From the NCBI GenBank assembly GCA_036480375.1, contig JAZGGI010000016.1:156806-220805 (forward strand): a stretch of DNA of 64,000 bases, in the 5' to 3' direction. Both the position numbers and the translations under genes were made by a program. Below, one piece after another: positions 56,192 to 64,000 of the stretch; the first letter of the stretch is position 1, and each line of letters begins with the position of its first letter. Origin of the DNA: Candidatus Zixiibacteriota bacterium. GTDB lineage: Bacteria > Zixibacteria > MSB-5A5 > GN15 > JAAZOE01. Under the pieces are notes generated by a model. The model saw only the letters and a list, made by a program, of their open reading frames with translations. It ran no database searches and was not told where the DNA came from.

Positions 56192-57514
56192 TTAATTCCC
56201 AAATCCTAAACCGTCATAAGGCGGTTGTAATTCATAATTCCCGTCGCCCCATTCATCAATAAACAGAAATTTCCGAGGCGGATTCGTACGGAAATAGTGC
56301 CAGATCTGATAGGGTTTTGTCGCTAATTCAAAAGGGTAATCCTCGACCTCATCCGGAGGACCGTAGGTTATATAAATCATACCCCGAGTGGTCTTCCAGC
56401 CATCTCTATTCATAAAGGTGAAGTATCGATTGGAATGTCGGACGCGGCGAAAATACTCTGCTTTGGCGGGATTAATCCTGGTATTGCCCTCGGATGCCCT
56501 GATAGCCCAGAATTCATCCCAAACACGCCGGCGCTCTTCCAGAGTCTTGGCCTCTTTTAGTTTCTTGTGCTCTTTATTATTGGTGAGGTATTTCAGCATG
56601 TCTATCAGCTTTTTATAGTCTGTTACGAACATGCCTTCGCCCGTCAATTTCATTTCGATTTCTTCGGTTATTTTATCATACTCTCTGCCCCGGCGACCGA
56701 TTAATTTTAGTTCCAGTTCATAGTCTCCGGGATAAATATCCTTAATATTGATGTTTTGAAATTCTCGCTTTATATCGTTAATCTCTCCGTAAGAAATCGT
56801 ATCGGTCCGCATGAGTCCTTTATGGCGGTGATAAAGGCCGATAATTAGTTTGGTATATTTATCCTTTTTTCTCCCCGGATAGACTTCATGATAGAACGAC
56901 AACAGGCTGTCGTCTTCCCCGCCGAAAACCCGTATAACCCTGGGAATAATTCTCATATCCTTTTTATTGAATTTTGATGATCTGGTTGATTCGGCTATTT
57001 CATGGGCTAACTCAACTCGAGAGATTGTGGGATATTTTTGGGTATAAGATTTCTTGGACATTTTTTTTGATATCGTGGCCAGCACCGATCCGGATTCATC
57101 GGTTAAAGATGCGTTAATGTTAATATCCTGCGGTTCAAAAGAAAATGAAACCATATTGATGACAAAATCTTCCGAGCGTCTGGTTTCGGCGTAACTGCTG
57201 ACTTTTATTTTCCCATCTTTTGTAATTCCCTCAATTGGTTGATTGTCTTCCCCGATAACATTAAACGAAATTTCATATCTGGCTTCATACCCATCCTGCA
57301 ATTTTTGATAACCAAAAGCGTCATAAAATATCTTGTAATAAATTTCGAGGATATTCTTCTCATCTTCGCCGGAATAAAAATCCACCGCATCTATTGTAAA
57401 TCTATCCTCACCAAATTCATTGGAAGCTCGATAGCCTGTTTGATCCGATACGCAAATCCCGTTACCAATCAGAAGAACTATGATTAGTATGGCAAAGCTC
57501 AGTCTCTTATTCAT
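56192..57514 (-). CDS. GWxTD domain-containing exported protein (second copy)
   Basis: The C-terminus reads DGWKTTRGMIYITYGPPDEVE. I prefer the start ATG 57512-57514 (MNKRLSFAILII...) over the track TTG 57544. Confidence 0.7.
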   Translation of the reverse strand: MNKRLSFAILIIVLLIGNGICVSDQTGYRASNEFGEDRFTIDAVDFYSGEDEKNILEIYYKIFYDAFGYQKLQDGYEARYEISFNVIGEDNQPIEGITKDGKIKVSSYAETRRSEDFVINMVSFSFEPQDININASLTDESGSVLATISKKMSKKSYTQKYPTISRVELAHEIAESTRSSKFNKKDMRIIPRVIRVFGGEDDSLLSFYHEVYPGRKKDKYTKLIIGLYHRHKGLMRTDTISYGEINDIKREFQNINIKDIYPGDYELELKLIGRRGREYDKITEEIEMKLTGEGMFVTDYKKLIDMLKYLTNNKEHKKLKEAKTLEERRRVWDEFWAIRASEGNTRINPAKAEYFRRVRHSNRYFTFMNRDGWKTTRGMIYITYGPPDEVEDYPFELATKPYQIWHYFRTNPPRKFLFIDEWGDGNYELQPPYDGLGFGN

Positions 57515-57576
57515 GTTACACCACCAATCTCTTATACAAAGCAATCTAAACTCCGGCTAACTTTCAGGCAAGCCAA

Positions 57577-58827
57577 TTATTCATAACGCAGTGAGATAAT
57601 TGGATCGGTTCGAGCCGCTTTGAAGGCCGGATAAATCCCGGCTACTAATCCCACCATTATAGATACGGAAAAACCAATACACATCCATAATATAGAGACG
57701 GTGAAAGGCAGTGAAAAGAGCAATTTTGCGAGTAATGCAAGTAAAATACCTGCAATAATGCCCAAAACCCCTCCGGTCGCCGAAAGAGTCATGGCTTCGG
57801 TTAAAAATTGTATAATTATATTAAGTCTTTTAGCCCCGATTGCTTTGCGGACTCCTATTTCCCTCGTCCGCTCAGTGACTGATACCAGCATTATATTCAT
57901 AACACCAACGCCCCCGACTGTGAGGCCAACGGATGAAATTACAATCATAGCTATATATATAACATTGGCGATATCACCGGCCATGTCTTTTAACTTATCC
58001 TGCGTCCAGACGGCGAAATCGTTATCTTTATCATAAGGAACGCCGCGAATTCCCCGCATGGTCGTGATTACTTCTTCCATAGCCTGATCAATTTTATCGG
58101 GACCGTCGGCAGAAACTCGAAGAAACAATGCCTTTTCCCAAGGAATAAGTTTTTCAAAAGTTCCATAAGGAATCGCGACAAAATTGTTTACCCCTCCCGC
58201 ATTAACAAATGAATTGTCAAGTTTCTCCAGGACGCCGACAACAAGAAATTCTCGAGTATTAATTCTAATATTTTTATTTATCGGGTCGTCATTGGGGAAA
58301 AGCGCGGTCGCAACATCATCGCCCAAAACGCATACCATAGCCCGGCGTTGTTCCTCAAACTCATTAAAGAATCTTCCGCGATTTAATACTCGATTTGTAA
58401 CTTTTATATAGTCCGGTAAAGTTCCGAACATAGCAGGGTAATTAGCCTGATTATTCTTATATTTTATAACATTACCGCCACTGGCTCTATAGTAATTTTC
58501 CGGAGCAACGGCTGAGACTGATGGACAATTTTCACGAATCGCCTGGGCCGCTTCAAAATCAATCCATTTACGATTTCTATCTTCTTCTGATAGCTCCCCC
58601 CTATCCACATCAGGCGCAAAACGAGTAACAAATATGACGTTTGATCCAAGTCCTTCAATTTCGCTGACGAGTTTTTTATCAAGCCCTGCAATAATCGAAG
58701 CCAATCCCAAAACAGTCGCTACAGCAATAAGAACTCCGAGAATCGTCATTCCTGCCCGGAATTTATTGGATCTAATCGCGTCCATTGCAAGACCAATTCC
58801 ATCGCGTATTTCAATGAGACTAATCAT
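57577..58827 (-). CDS. ABC transporter permease (MacB/FtsX family)
   Basis: 416 aa with an N-terminal TM helix, a large periplasmic domain and a C-terminal FtsX 3-TM bundle (ERTREIGVRKAIGA). Confidence 0.85.
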   Translation of the reverse strand: MISLIEIRDGIGLAMDAIRSNKFRAGMTILGVLIAVATVLGLASIIAGLDKKLVSEIEGLGSNVIFVTRFAPDVDRGELSEEDRNRKWIDFEAAQAIRENCPSVSAVAPENYYRASGGNVIKYKNNQANYPAMFGTLPDYIKVTNRVLNRGRFFNEFEEQRRAMVCVLGDDVATALFPNDDPINKNIRINTREFLVVGVLEKLDNSFVNAGGVNNFVAIPYGTFEKLIPWEKALFLRVSADGPDKIDQAMEEVITTMRGIRGVPYDKDNDFAVWTQDKLKDMAGDIANVIYIAMIVISSVGLTVGGVGVMNIMLVSVTERTREIGVRKAIGAKRLNIIIQFLTEAMTLSATGGVLGIIAGILLALLAKLLFSLPFTVSILWMCIGFSVSIMVGLVAGIYPAFKAARTDPIISLRYE

Positions 58828-58831
58828 AACT

Positions 58832-60052
58832 TTACTCGTAACTTAACGCCTTTATAGGATCAAGTTTGGCCGCTTTCATAGCCGGATATATCCCAAAAAA
58901 CATACCGACCCCGGTAGATATTAGTATTCCCGCGATAATGGCGAATAATGACGGTGTAATGGGGAGTGAAATTTGACTACCCAGGATAATCGCGACAGTT
59001 ATTCCAAGCGCGGTCCCGATAATGCCGCCGCCCAGGGACAGGATTAAAGACTCGTAGAGAAATTGCATCATAATATTTTTGCGGCGGGCTCCGATAGATT
59101 TGCGAATGCCGATTTCGCGAGTTCTCTCTGATACGGAGACCATCATAATATTCATAATCACGATTCCGCCGACAACAAGCGCAATTGATGAAATTCCAAT
59201 AAGCGCAAAACGAAGTATGCGTGTGATATTATTTACAAATGTCATGATGCTTTCGGCTGTCAGTAATCCAAAATCATCATCATCGTAATATGATACTCCG
59301 CGACGGGCTCGAAGTATTGATCTAACCTGGTCTTGCGTATCTACTGTTTTCTCAACAGACGTAGATTTTACTAATATATCCAGATTATGCCTCGGTTTGC
59401 CGAAAAGTTTTATCTGGGTTGACAATGGAATCAGCACAAAATTATCCTGATTATTTCCCATAGTCGAGCCTCGCTTGAGTGCGATGCCAATAACCTTAAA
59501 TTTACGCCCGCCTATTTTAAGAACTTTGCCAATAGGATCTTCACCGGGATAGAGTTCTTCCTGTACGGTAGGTCCTATAAAGGCAACCTGTCGTTTATGC
59601 AAATACTCCATCTCGGTCATCGAACGTCCCTGTCCGACCTCAAAATCCAGAACCTGCATAAAATTAGCTGTCGCTCCGGCGATGGGCACATTATTCAGAC
59701 TATTATTTTTCCGCTTTATAGTCCTAAATCTATAAGCACGCGCCGCTACGGCCTCACAATCCAGACACCCATCTTCTACGGCGTCCCTGTCTTTCAGGGT
59801 TAGGTCTTTTCGCTTCATGGCGTCAAGATACTCATCCCTTGTAGTTATCATTCCAAATTTGGTGACAATGAAAGTCGATGGGCCAAGTACGCTCAAAGAA
59901 TCTTCAATACTGCTCATAAATCCTTCGACGGCGGAAATTATCGTTATTACCGAAGTTACCCCGATAACGACACCAAAAAGGGTTAGGCCTGAGCGGAGTT
60001 TATTGGCCCACAAAGCCTGGAGAGCAAGCTTTATTGATTCGATAGCGTTCAA
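58832..60052 (-). CDS. ABC transporter permease (MacB/FtsX family), paralog
   Basis: 406 aa with the same architecture (ERTREIGIRKSIGA). Confidence 0.85.
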   Translation of the reverse strand: MNAIESIKLALQALWANKLRSGLTLFGVVIGVTSVITIISAVEGFMSSIEDSLSVLGPSTFIVTKFGMITTRDEYLDAMKRKDLTLKDRDAVEDGCLDCEAVAARAYRFRTIKRKNNSLNNVPIAGATANFMQVLDFEVGQGRSMTEMEYLHKRQVAFIGPTVQEELYPGEDPIGKVLKIGGRKFKVIGIALKRGSTMGNNQDNFVLIPLSTQIKLFGKPRHNLDILVKSTSVEKTVDTQDQVRSILRARRGVSYYDDDDFGLLTAESIMTFVNNITRILRFALIGISSIALVVGGIVIMNIMMVSVSERTREIGIRKSIGARRKNIMMQFLYESLILSLGGGIIGTALGITVAIILGSQISLPITPSLFAIIAGILISTGVGMFFGIYPAMKAAKLDPIKALSYE

Positions 60053-60079
60053 TTAAATACCCTTCAATAGCATTCGCGT

Positions 60080-60769
60080 TTATCCCGTTTCGCGATATTC
60101 TTCTTTTTCGATTGCGCCGTCCCGGAGGAAAATAACGCGTTGTGCCTTTTGCGCGATCGTATATTCGTGCGTGACCACGATAACGGTATTGCCCTGCCGA
60201 TGCAAATCAGAAAGCAAATCCATGATCTCATTACCGGTATTGGTATCGAGATTACCGGTTGGTTCGTCGGCCAGAATAATTGAGGGATTGTTTACCAGAG
60301 CCCGCGCGATAGCCACTCGCTGGCGTTGCCCGCCGGATAGTTCATTTGGCTTGTGAGTCATGCGATCCCCAAGGCCTACGATTTCAAGAGCCTTTTTAGC
60401 CTTTTCAGTTCGGCCTTCGCGCGCGGTACCATTGTAAATTAATGGAAGCTCGACGTTATGAAGTGATGTCGCCCGCGGTAGTAGGTTGAATGTTTGAAAT
60501 ACGAATCCGATTTCTTTATTTCGGATACGGGCCAACTCGTCGTCATTTAAGTCGGCAACATCCTGCCCGTTCAGTAAATATACTCCACGAGTGGGCGTAT
60601 CGAGACAGCCGATTAAATACATAAGCGTCGATTTGCCGGACCCGGAAGGTCCCATTATCGCTACATATTCACCCTTGCGAATCTGTAAGGTTACGCCTCG
60701 AAGGGCGTTGACCTGTTCTTCGCCCATTTGATATATTCTCCACAGGTCATCAACTTGTATCAGGCTCAT
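60080..60769 (-). CDS. ABC transporter ATP-binding protein (MacB/LolD-type)
   Basis: 229 aa with [18 protein letters not shown] and ILADEPT. Confidence 0.9.
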   Translation of the reverse strand: MSLIQVDDLWRIYQMGEEQVNALRGVTLQIRKGEYVAIMGPSGSGKSTLMYLIGCLDTPTRGVYLLNGQDVADLNDDELARIRNKEIGFVFQTFNLLPRATSLHNVELPLIYNGTAREGRTEKAKKALEIVGLGDRMTHKPNELSGGQRQRVAIARALVNNPSIILADEPTGNLDTNTGNEIMDLLSDLHRQGNTVIVVTHEYTIAQKAQRVIFLRDGAIEKEEYRETG

Positions 60770-60775
60770 ACCTAA

Positions 60776-62107
60776 TTAATCCTCATTTTTATCCGGATTT
60801 TCAACCTTTATTGCTTGTCCATCCTTAATGGTTCGCAAAGTCCTAAAACTACCCGTGATAACTTCATCCTCTTCTTCCAAACCGGATAATACCTCGTAGT
60901 TTTTCTGGTCAACAATTCCGGTTTCGATTTCGACAAATGTAGCAATCCCGTCGCGGTTTACAAAAACACCTTTTTTCTCTATTTTTTCTTTATCGCCTTT
61001 GCTCTTTTTGACTTTCGCCGAATCCGATTCTTCGGTCGTGGCGGCAATGGCCACTCCGGGCTCATCGCTCGCTTCGGCAGGTTTTTCGGCCGCGGCCAGG
61101 GAATCCGGATCAAATTTCCTCATTACAACCGCTTGTATGGGAACCGCCAAAACATCATTATGTTCATTGGTTACGATATCAACGGTAGAAGACATCCCCG
61201 GTCTGATCTTGGGATGCAAATCAAGCAGGGTAACTATGACCTTGAAATTTGTTGACTGGTCGCTGGAACCGAATCCGACCAGGGTAGCGGTATTTCCAAT
61301 TTCGACAACCTCACCGGCAAAAGTGGTATCGGGAAAAGCATCGATTTCGATTGAAGCCGTTTGGTACAATTCCAGATCGGCAATATCAGTTTCATCAATT
61401 TCGACCTCAATTTCAAAGGCCGACAAATCGGAAACAACCATTAAGGTTTTACCCTGAGTAAACGATGTCTGAGCTTGCGCTATTTCACCCTTCTCGGCGT
61501 CAACCAGAGTCACAGTTCCGTCCATCGGAGACTTAATGGTTGTCTTGCTCAAATTATCGCGAGCTTTCTTAAGACGAGAGCGGGAAGCGTTTTTCTGCTG
61601 TATCCATGCTTTATATTCAGATTCCTGCCTTTGGAAAGCATAGTTGGCATTGGTATAGGCCTGTTCCGATGTCAGCTTCTTCTCGTAAAGACCTTTCTGG
61701 CGATTGTATTCATCGCGATATTGATCCAATAAGACCTTGGCCCCTTCAACCCTTGCCTCGGTTTCATTGGCGTTGTACAAAGCCGATTCCATATCTGACT
61801 TGAGCTGAATCGTATCCAGTTGAATTAAAATCTGGCCGTTCCTGACATAATCGCCTTCCTTAATGGGAAGGCTGATAATCTCGGCATTGACTTCGGAGAC
61901 TATGTTCACCTTGGTTTTTGGCTCAACCCGGCCCGAACCGGATACCTTTGAAATGATATCTGCCTGCTCAATAACTTTAGTCTGCACGGAAATTTCCGAA
62001 CGGAACGAACTTTGCAGGTTGATTATAACCATAGCTCCGATCAGGATTACTCCGGCGATAACGCCTAAAATTATATATAGTTTCTTTTTTGACTTTTTCT
62101 TCTCCAT
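60776..62107 (-). CDS. Periplasmic adaptor (HlyD/MacA-like membrane fusion protein)
   Basis: 443 aa with an N-terminal anchor, a coiled-coil hairpin and beta-barrel segments. Confidence 0.8.
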   Translation of the reverse strand: MEKKKSKKKLYIILGVIAGVILIGAMVIINLQSSFRSEISVQTKVIEQADIISKVSGSGRVEPKTKVNIVSEVNAEIISLPIKEGDYVRNGQILIQLDTIQLKSDMESALYNANETEARVEGAKVLLDQYRDEYNRQKGLYEKKLTSEQAYTNANYAFQRQESEYKAWIQQKNASRSRLKKARDNLSKTTIKSPMDGTVTLVDAEKGEIAQAQTSFTQGKTLMVVSDLSAFEIEVEIDETDIADLELYQTASIEIDAFPDTTFAGEVVEIGNTATLVGFGSSDQSTNFKVIVTLLDLHPKIRPGMSSTVDIVTNEHNDVLAVPIQAVVMRKFDPDSLAAAEKPAEASDEPGVAIAATTEESDSAKVKKSKGDKEKIEKKGVFVNRDGIATFVEIETGIVDQKNYEVLSGLEEEDEVITGSFRTLRTIKDGQAIKVENPDKNED

Positions 62108-62148
62108 ATTGCCACCCTAAATATCCTGTTTTAGTGGATACCTCCTAC

Positions 62149-63495
62149 TTATTTCCCCATCGCGTTTTGCAATTTTGCGATGGCCAGGTTATAATCGAAT
62201 TCGGCTTTGACATTGGTAAACTGAGCGCTCTTGAGACTCACCTGGGCGTCGAGAAGCTCCCACAATGCCGCCGCGCCGAGGTTATACTTGGTCTGCACCA
62301 AATCCATATCTTCGGCCGCCGACCGTTCAGTTTCCTCTGTTACAATTAAAGTTTCCTCGGCAATTTGAACTTCAAGATGTGCGTCATCTATTCTTCTCAC
62401 GATCTCATTTTTAGCAAATTCGTAGCTTGCACGAGAGTTATTATAATTAGCCTTGGCCCGGCTAAGATTCAATTCTCTTGAAAAACGATCAAAAATATTA
62501 TAACTAACGGTAAAAGACAAAGTCCCGCTATGATCAAAAGGGCCAAATTTAATCATATCGCTAAAGTGATCTTTCCCCCACCCATAAGAATAACTTAGAG
62601 TTGCGCGCGGAAGATATTGACCTTTTGCGGATCTAACGCCATATTTGGAAACGTCCAGATAATTTTTTGAACTTAGTAATTGAGGATGTTCTTTGCGCGC
62701 GCTGGTTATCATTGCATTCACGTCATCAAGTTGCACCTTGCCAATTTCTATATTTGACACATCAAATTCAGTAACCGGGTCAATGCCAATTGACACCGCC
62801 AAGACATCAAAAGCGATTTCATGGTTTCTTCGCGCTCGGATTTGAGTTAATTTGTCCTGCCCCAATTGTACTCTCTGTTTAAGAACTTCGGAAAGCGAAG
62901 CCGAGCCTAATTCATATTTCGCTTCAAATAATTTTAAAAGTTCCTCTGATCGGTTTACGGTTTCCTTGGCAACCTCAAGGTCTTTTTTGGATTTTAAGAC
63001 CAAATAATAATTGCCTTTGATTGCCAATTCCAAATCTGACATACTCAGAGCGTAATCATATTCAGTCGCTGACTTATTTGCTTTACTCTGTAAATAATTC
63101 CATAAATTGTTCAAACCGTCAAATACAGTATAGTTTATATTGAATCCCGCGCTATAACCTTTAATTTTATAACCGATTGTATCTGCCAAGTTTTCTGTTG
63201 AGGTGACCAATTCGTTTAAATCCGGATCAAAATAAGTAACTGTTCTCAGGCGCGGTGATTCGGGACCTGATGTAATTTCGCGAGAAGAAAAAGAGACTCC
63301 AACAGATGGCAAAAACTGCCCTGCAGCATTCCTGACTTCCCAATTGGAAGTTTTGACCGCATTTCGGAATCGTTCCAGAGTCGGATCGGTTCGTTTAGCC
63401 ATGTCAATACATTCGTCGAGTGTGTATATTTTGGCAAAAGATGAAGCTCCCATAAGAGCAATTACAATAATCAAAAACAAAGAAACCTTTTTCAT
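62149..63495 (-). CDS. TolC-family outer membrane channel
   Basis: 448 aa with a signal peptide and the two-repeat TolC pattern. Confidence 0.8.
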   Translation of the reverse strand: MKKVSLFLIIVIALMGASSFAKIYTLDECIDMAKRTDPTLERFRNAVKTSNWEVRNAAGQFLPSVGVSFSSREITSGPESPRLRTVTYFDPDLNELVTSTENLADTIGYKIKGYSAGFNINYTVFDGLNNLWNYLQSKANKSATEYDYALSMSDLELAIKGNYYLVLKSKKDLEVAKETVNRSEELLKLFEAKYELGSASLSEVLKQRVQLGQDKLTQIRARRNHEIAFDVLAVSIGIDPVTEFDVSNIEIGKVQLDDVNAMITSARKEHPQLLSSKNYLDVSKYGVRSAKGQYLPRATLSYSYGWGKDHFSDMIKFGPFDHSGTLSFTVSYNIFDRFSRELNLSRAKANYNNSRASYEFAKNEIVRRIDDAHLEVQIAEETLIVTEETERSAAEDMDLVQTKYNLGAAALWELLDAQVSLKSAQFTNVKAEFDYNLAIAKLQNAMGK

Positions 63496-63512
63496 ATCAA
63501 CCTCTATATTGG

Positions 63513-64000
63513 TTAGAACCAGGATAATTCTATCCCCGCAAAGCTCATTCCTATTACTTGCAAGCCAATCATAGTAATTACGAGAATCAGAGTAGTTATT
63601 ATCGATGTGGCCATTCCTTTACCTCGCGAAATCCCAAACACTACCGAATACGCAAGACCGGATAAAATTATCAGCCAGATCGCTATGGCGTCAATATACA
63701 ATAGAAACAGGTAAAATATTGATGTTATCCCAAGGTTATGGAAAAACGCGGCAAATCCTATTGATGCCTGAGCGCTACCCGAAGCGGCCATCAAAGGCCA
63801 TTTAATAACAAAACTCGCGAGCAGCCCGATAACACCAATTAAAAGACTAACTCCCCAGACTCGCGTAAATTTAGTAGTGCCTCCGAAAAAGAACGTACCT
63901 ACACCCCATGCCACTAAAGCCGCAAGTAATCCCGGTATTAGTCCAAATCCAGCACCAAAAAGCCCAGCTTTGAGGTAATTTGGATTTTCATAATCACTTT
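63513..64000 (-). CDS. Polytopic membrane protein, 5-prime end outside the window
   Basis: The frame stays open from 63915 to the window edge (..SDYENPNYLKAGLFGAGFGLIPGLLAAL-VAWGVG..). It is hydrophobic throughout, and I do not recognise the family. Confidence 0.5.
   Translation of the reverse strand, partial: SDYENPNYLKAGLFGAGFGLIPGLLAALVAWGVGTFFFGGTTKFTRVWGVSLLIGVIGLLASFVIKWPLMAASGSAQASIGFAAFFHNLGITSIFYLFLLYIDAIAIWLIILSGLAYSVVFGISRGKGMATSIITTLILVITMIGLQVIGMSFAGIELSWF

Overview
This window is 64 kb of a diderm (Gram-negative-type) bacterial chromosome; BamD, an LptD/OstA-like protein, a LolA-like protein and TolC are all present. GC looks like the low 40s by eye. The dockerin-like and GWxTD proteins and a Fibrobacter-type LexA box suggest an uncultivated FCB-group-like lineage, but that is inference only. 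Nearly everything is housekeeping and lies on the minus strand in tight, often overlapping operons:
- rimP-nusA-infB-DUF503-rbfA(fused to a DHH/NrnA phosphoesterase)-truB-ribF-rpsO, then proS
- a murein-peptide recycling trio (amidase, L-Ala-D/L-Glu epimerase, NlpC/P60)
- an aminotransferase and transketolase
- coaE-polA-nadD-bamD-SLT-rimO-lolA-ftsK
- HU, an LptD-like protein, alaX, a FAH-family protein and a MATE transporter
- argS-aroA-aroE-aroK-aroB-aroQ
- an MFS transporter and a dapF-like gene
- lexA-orf82-dinB
- a long operon of TolC, a membrane-fusion protein (MFP), an ABC ATPase, two FtsX permeases and two GWxTD proteins

Only two plus-strand islets exist. The first is tRNA-Arg(CCG) followed by two tandem paralogous secreted proteins with dockerin-like C-termini. 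The second is two small monocistronic genes at 53.4-54.7 kb. Each of these is interrupted by one in-frame TGA exactly where its family carries a conserved cysteine: the CGC motif of DUF1573, and the first cluster-ligand Cys of HesB/IscA. Each TGA is followed by hairpins. I read these as a pair of candidate selenoprotein genes, and this is the best lead in the window.

Other leads:
- a DapF homolog with both catalytic cysteines replaced by serine
- an RbfA-NrnA fusion
- a textbook lexA promoter with a palindromic operator in its spacer
- an unrecognised 82-aa ORF abutting dinB
- a mosaic-identity pattern between the dockerin-like paralogs
- GWxTD proteins apparently co-transcribed with an export system

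I saw no CRISPR array, transposase, integrase, rRNA or recognisable defence system. All family assignments are by-eye motif recognition; no searches were run.
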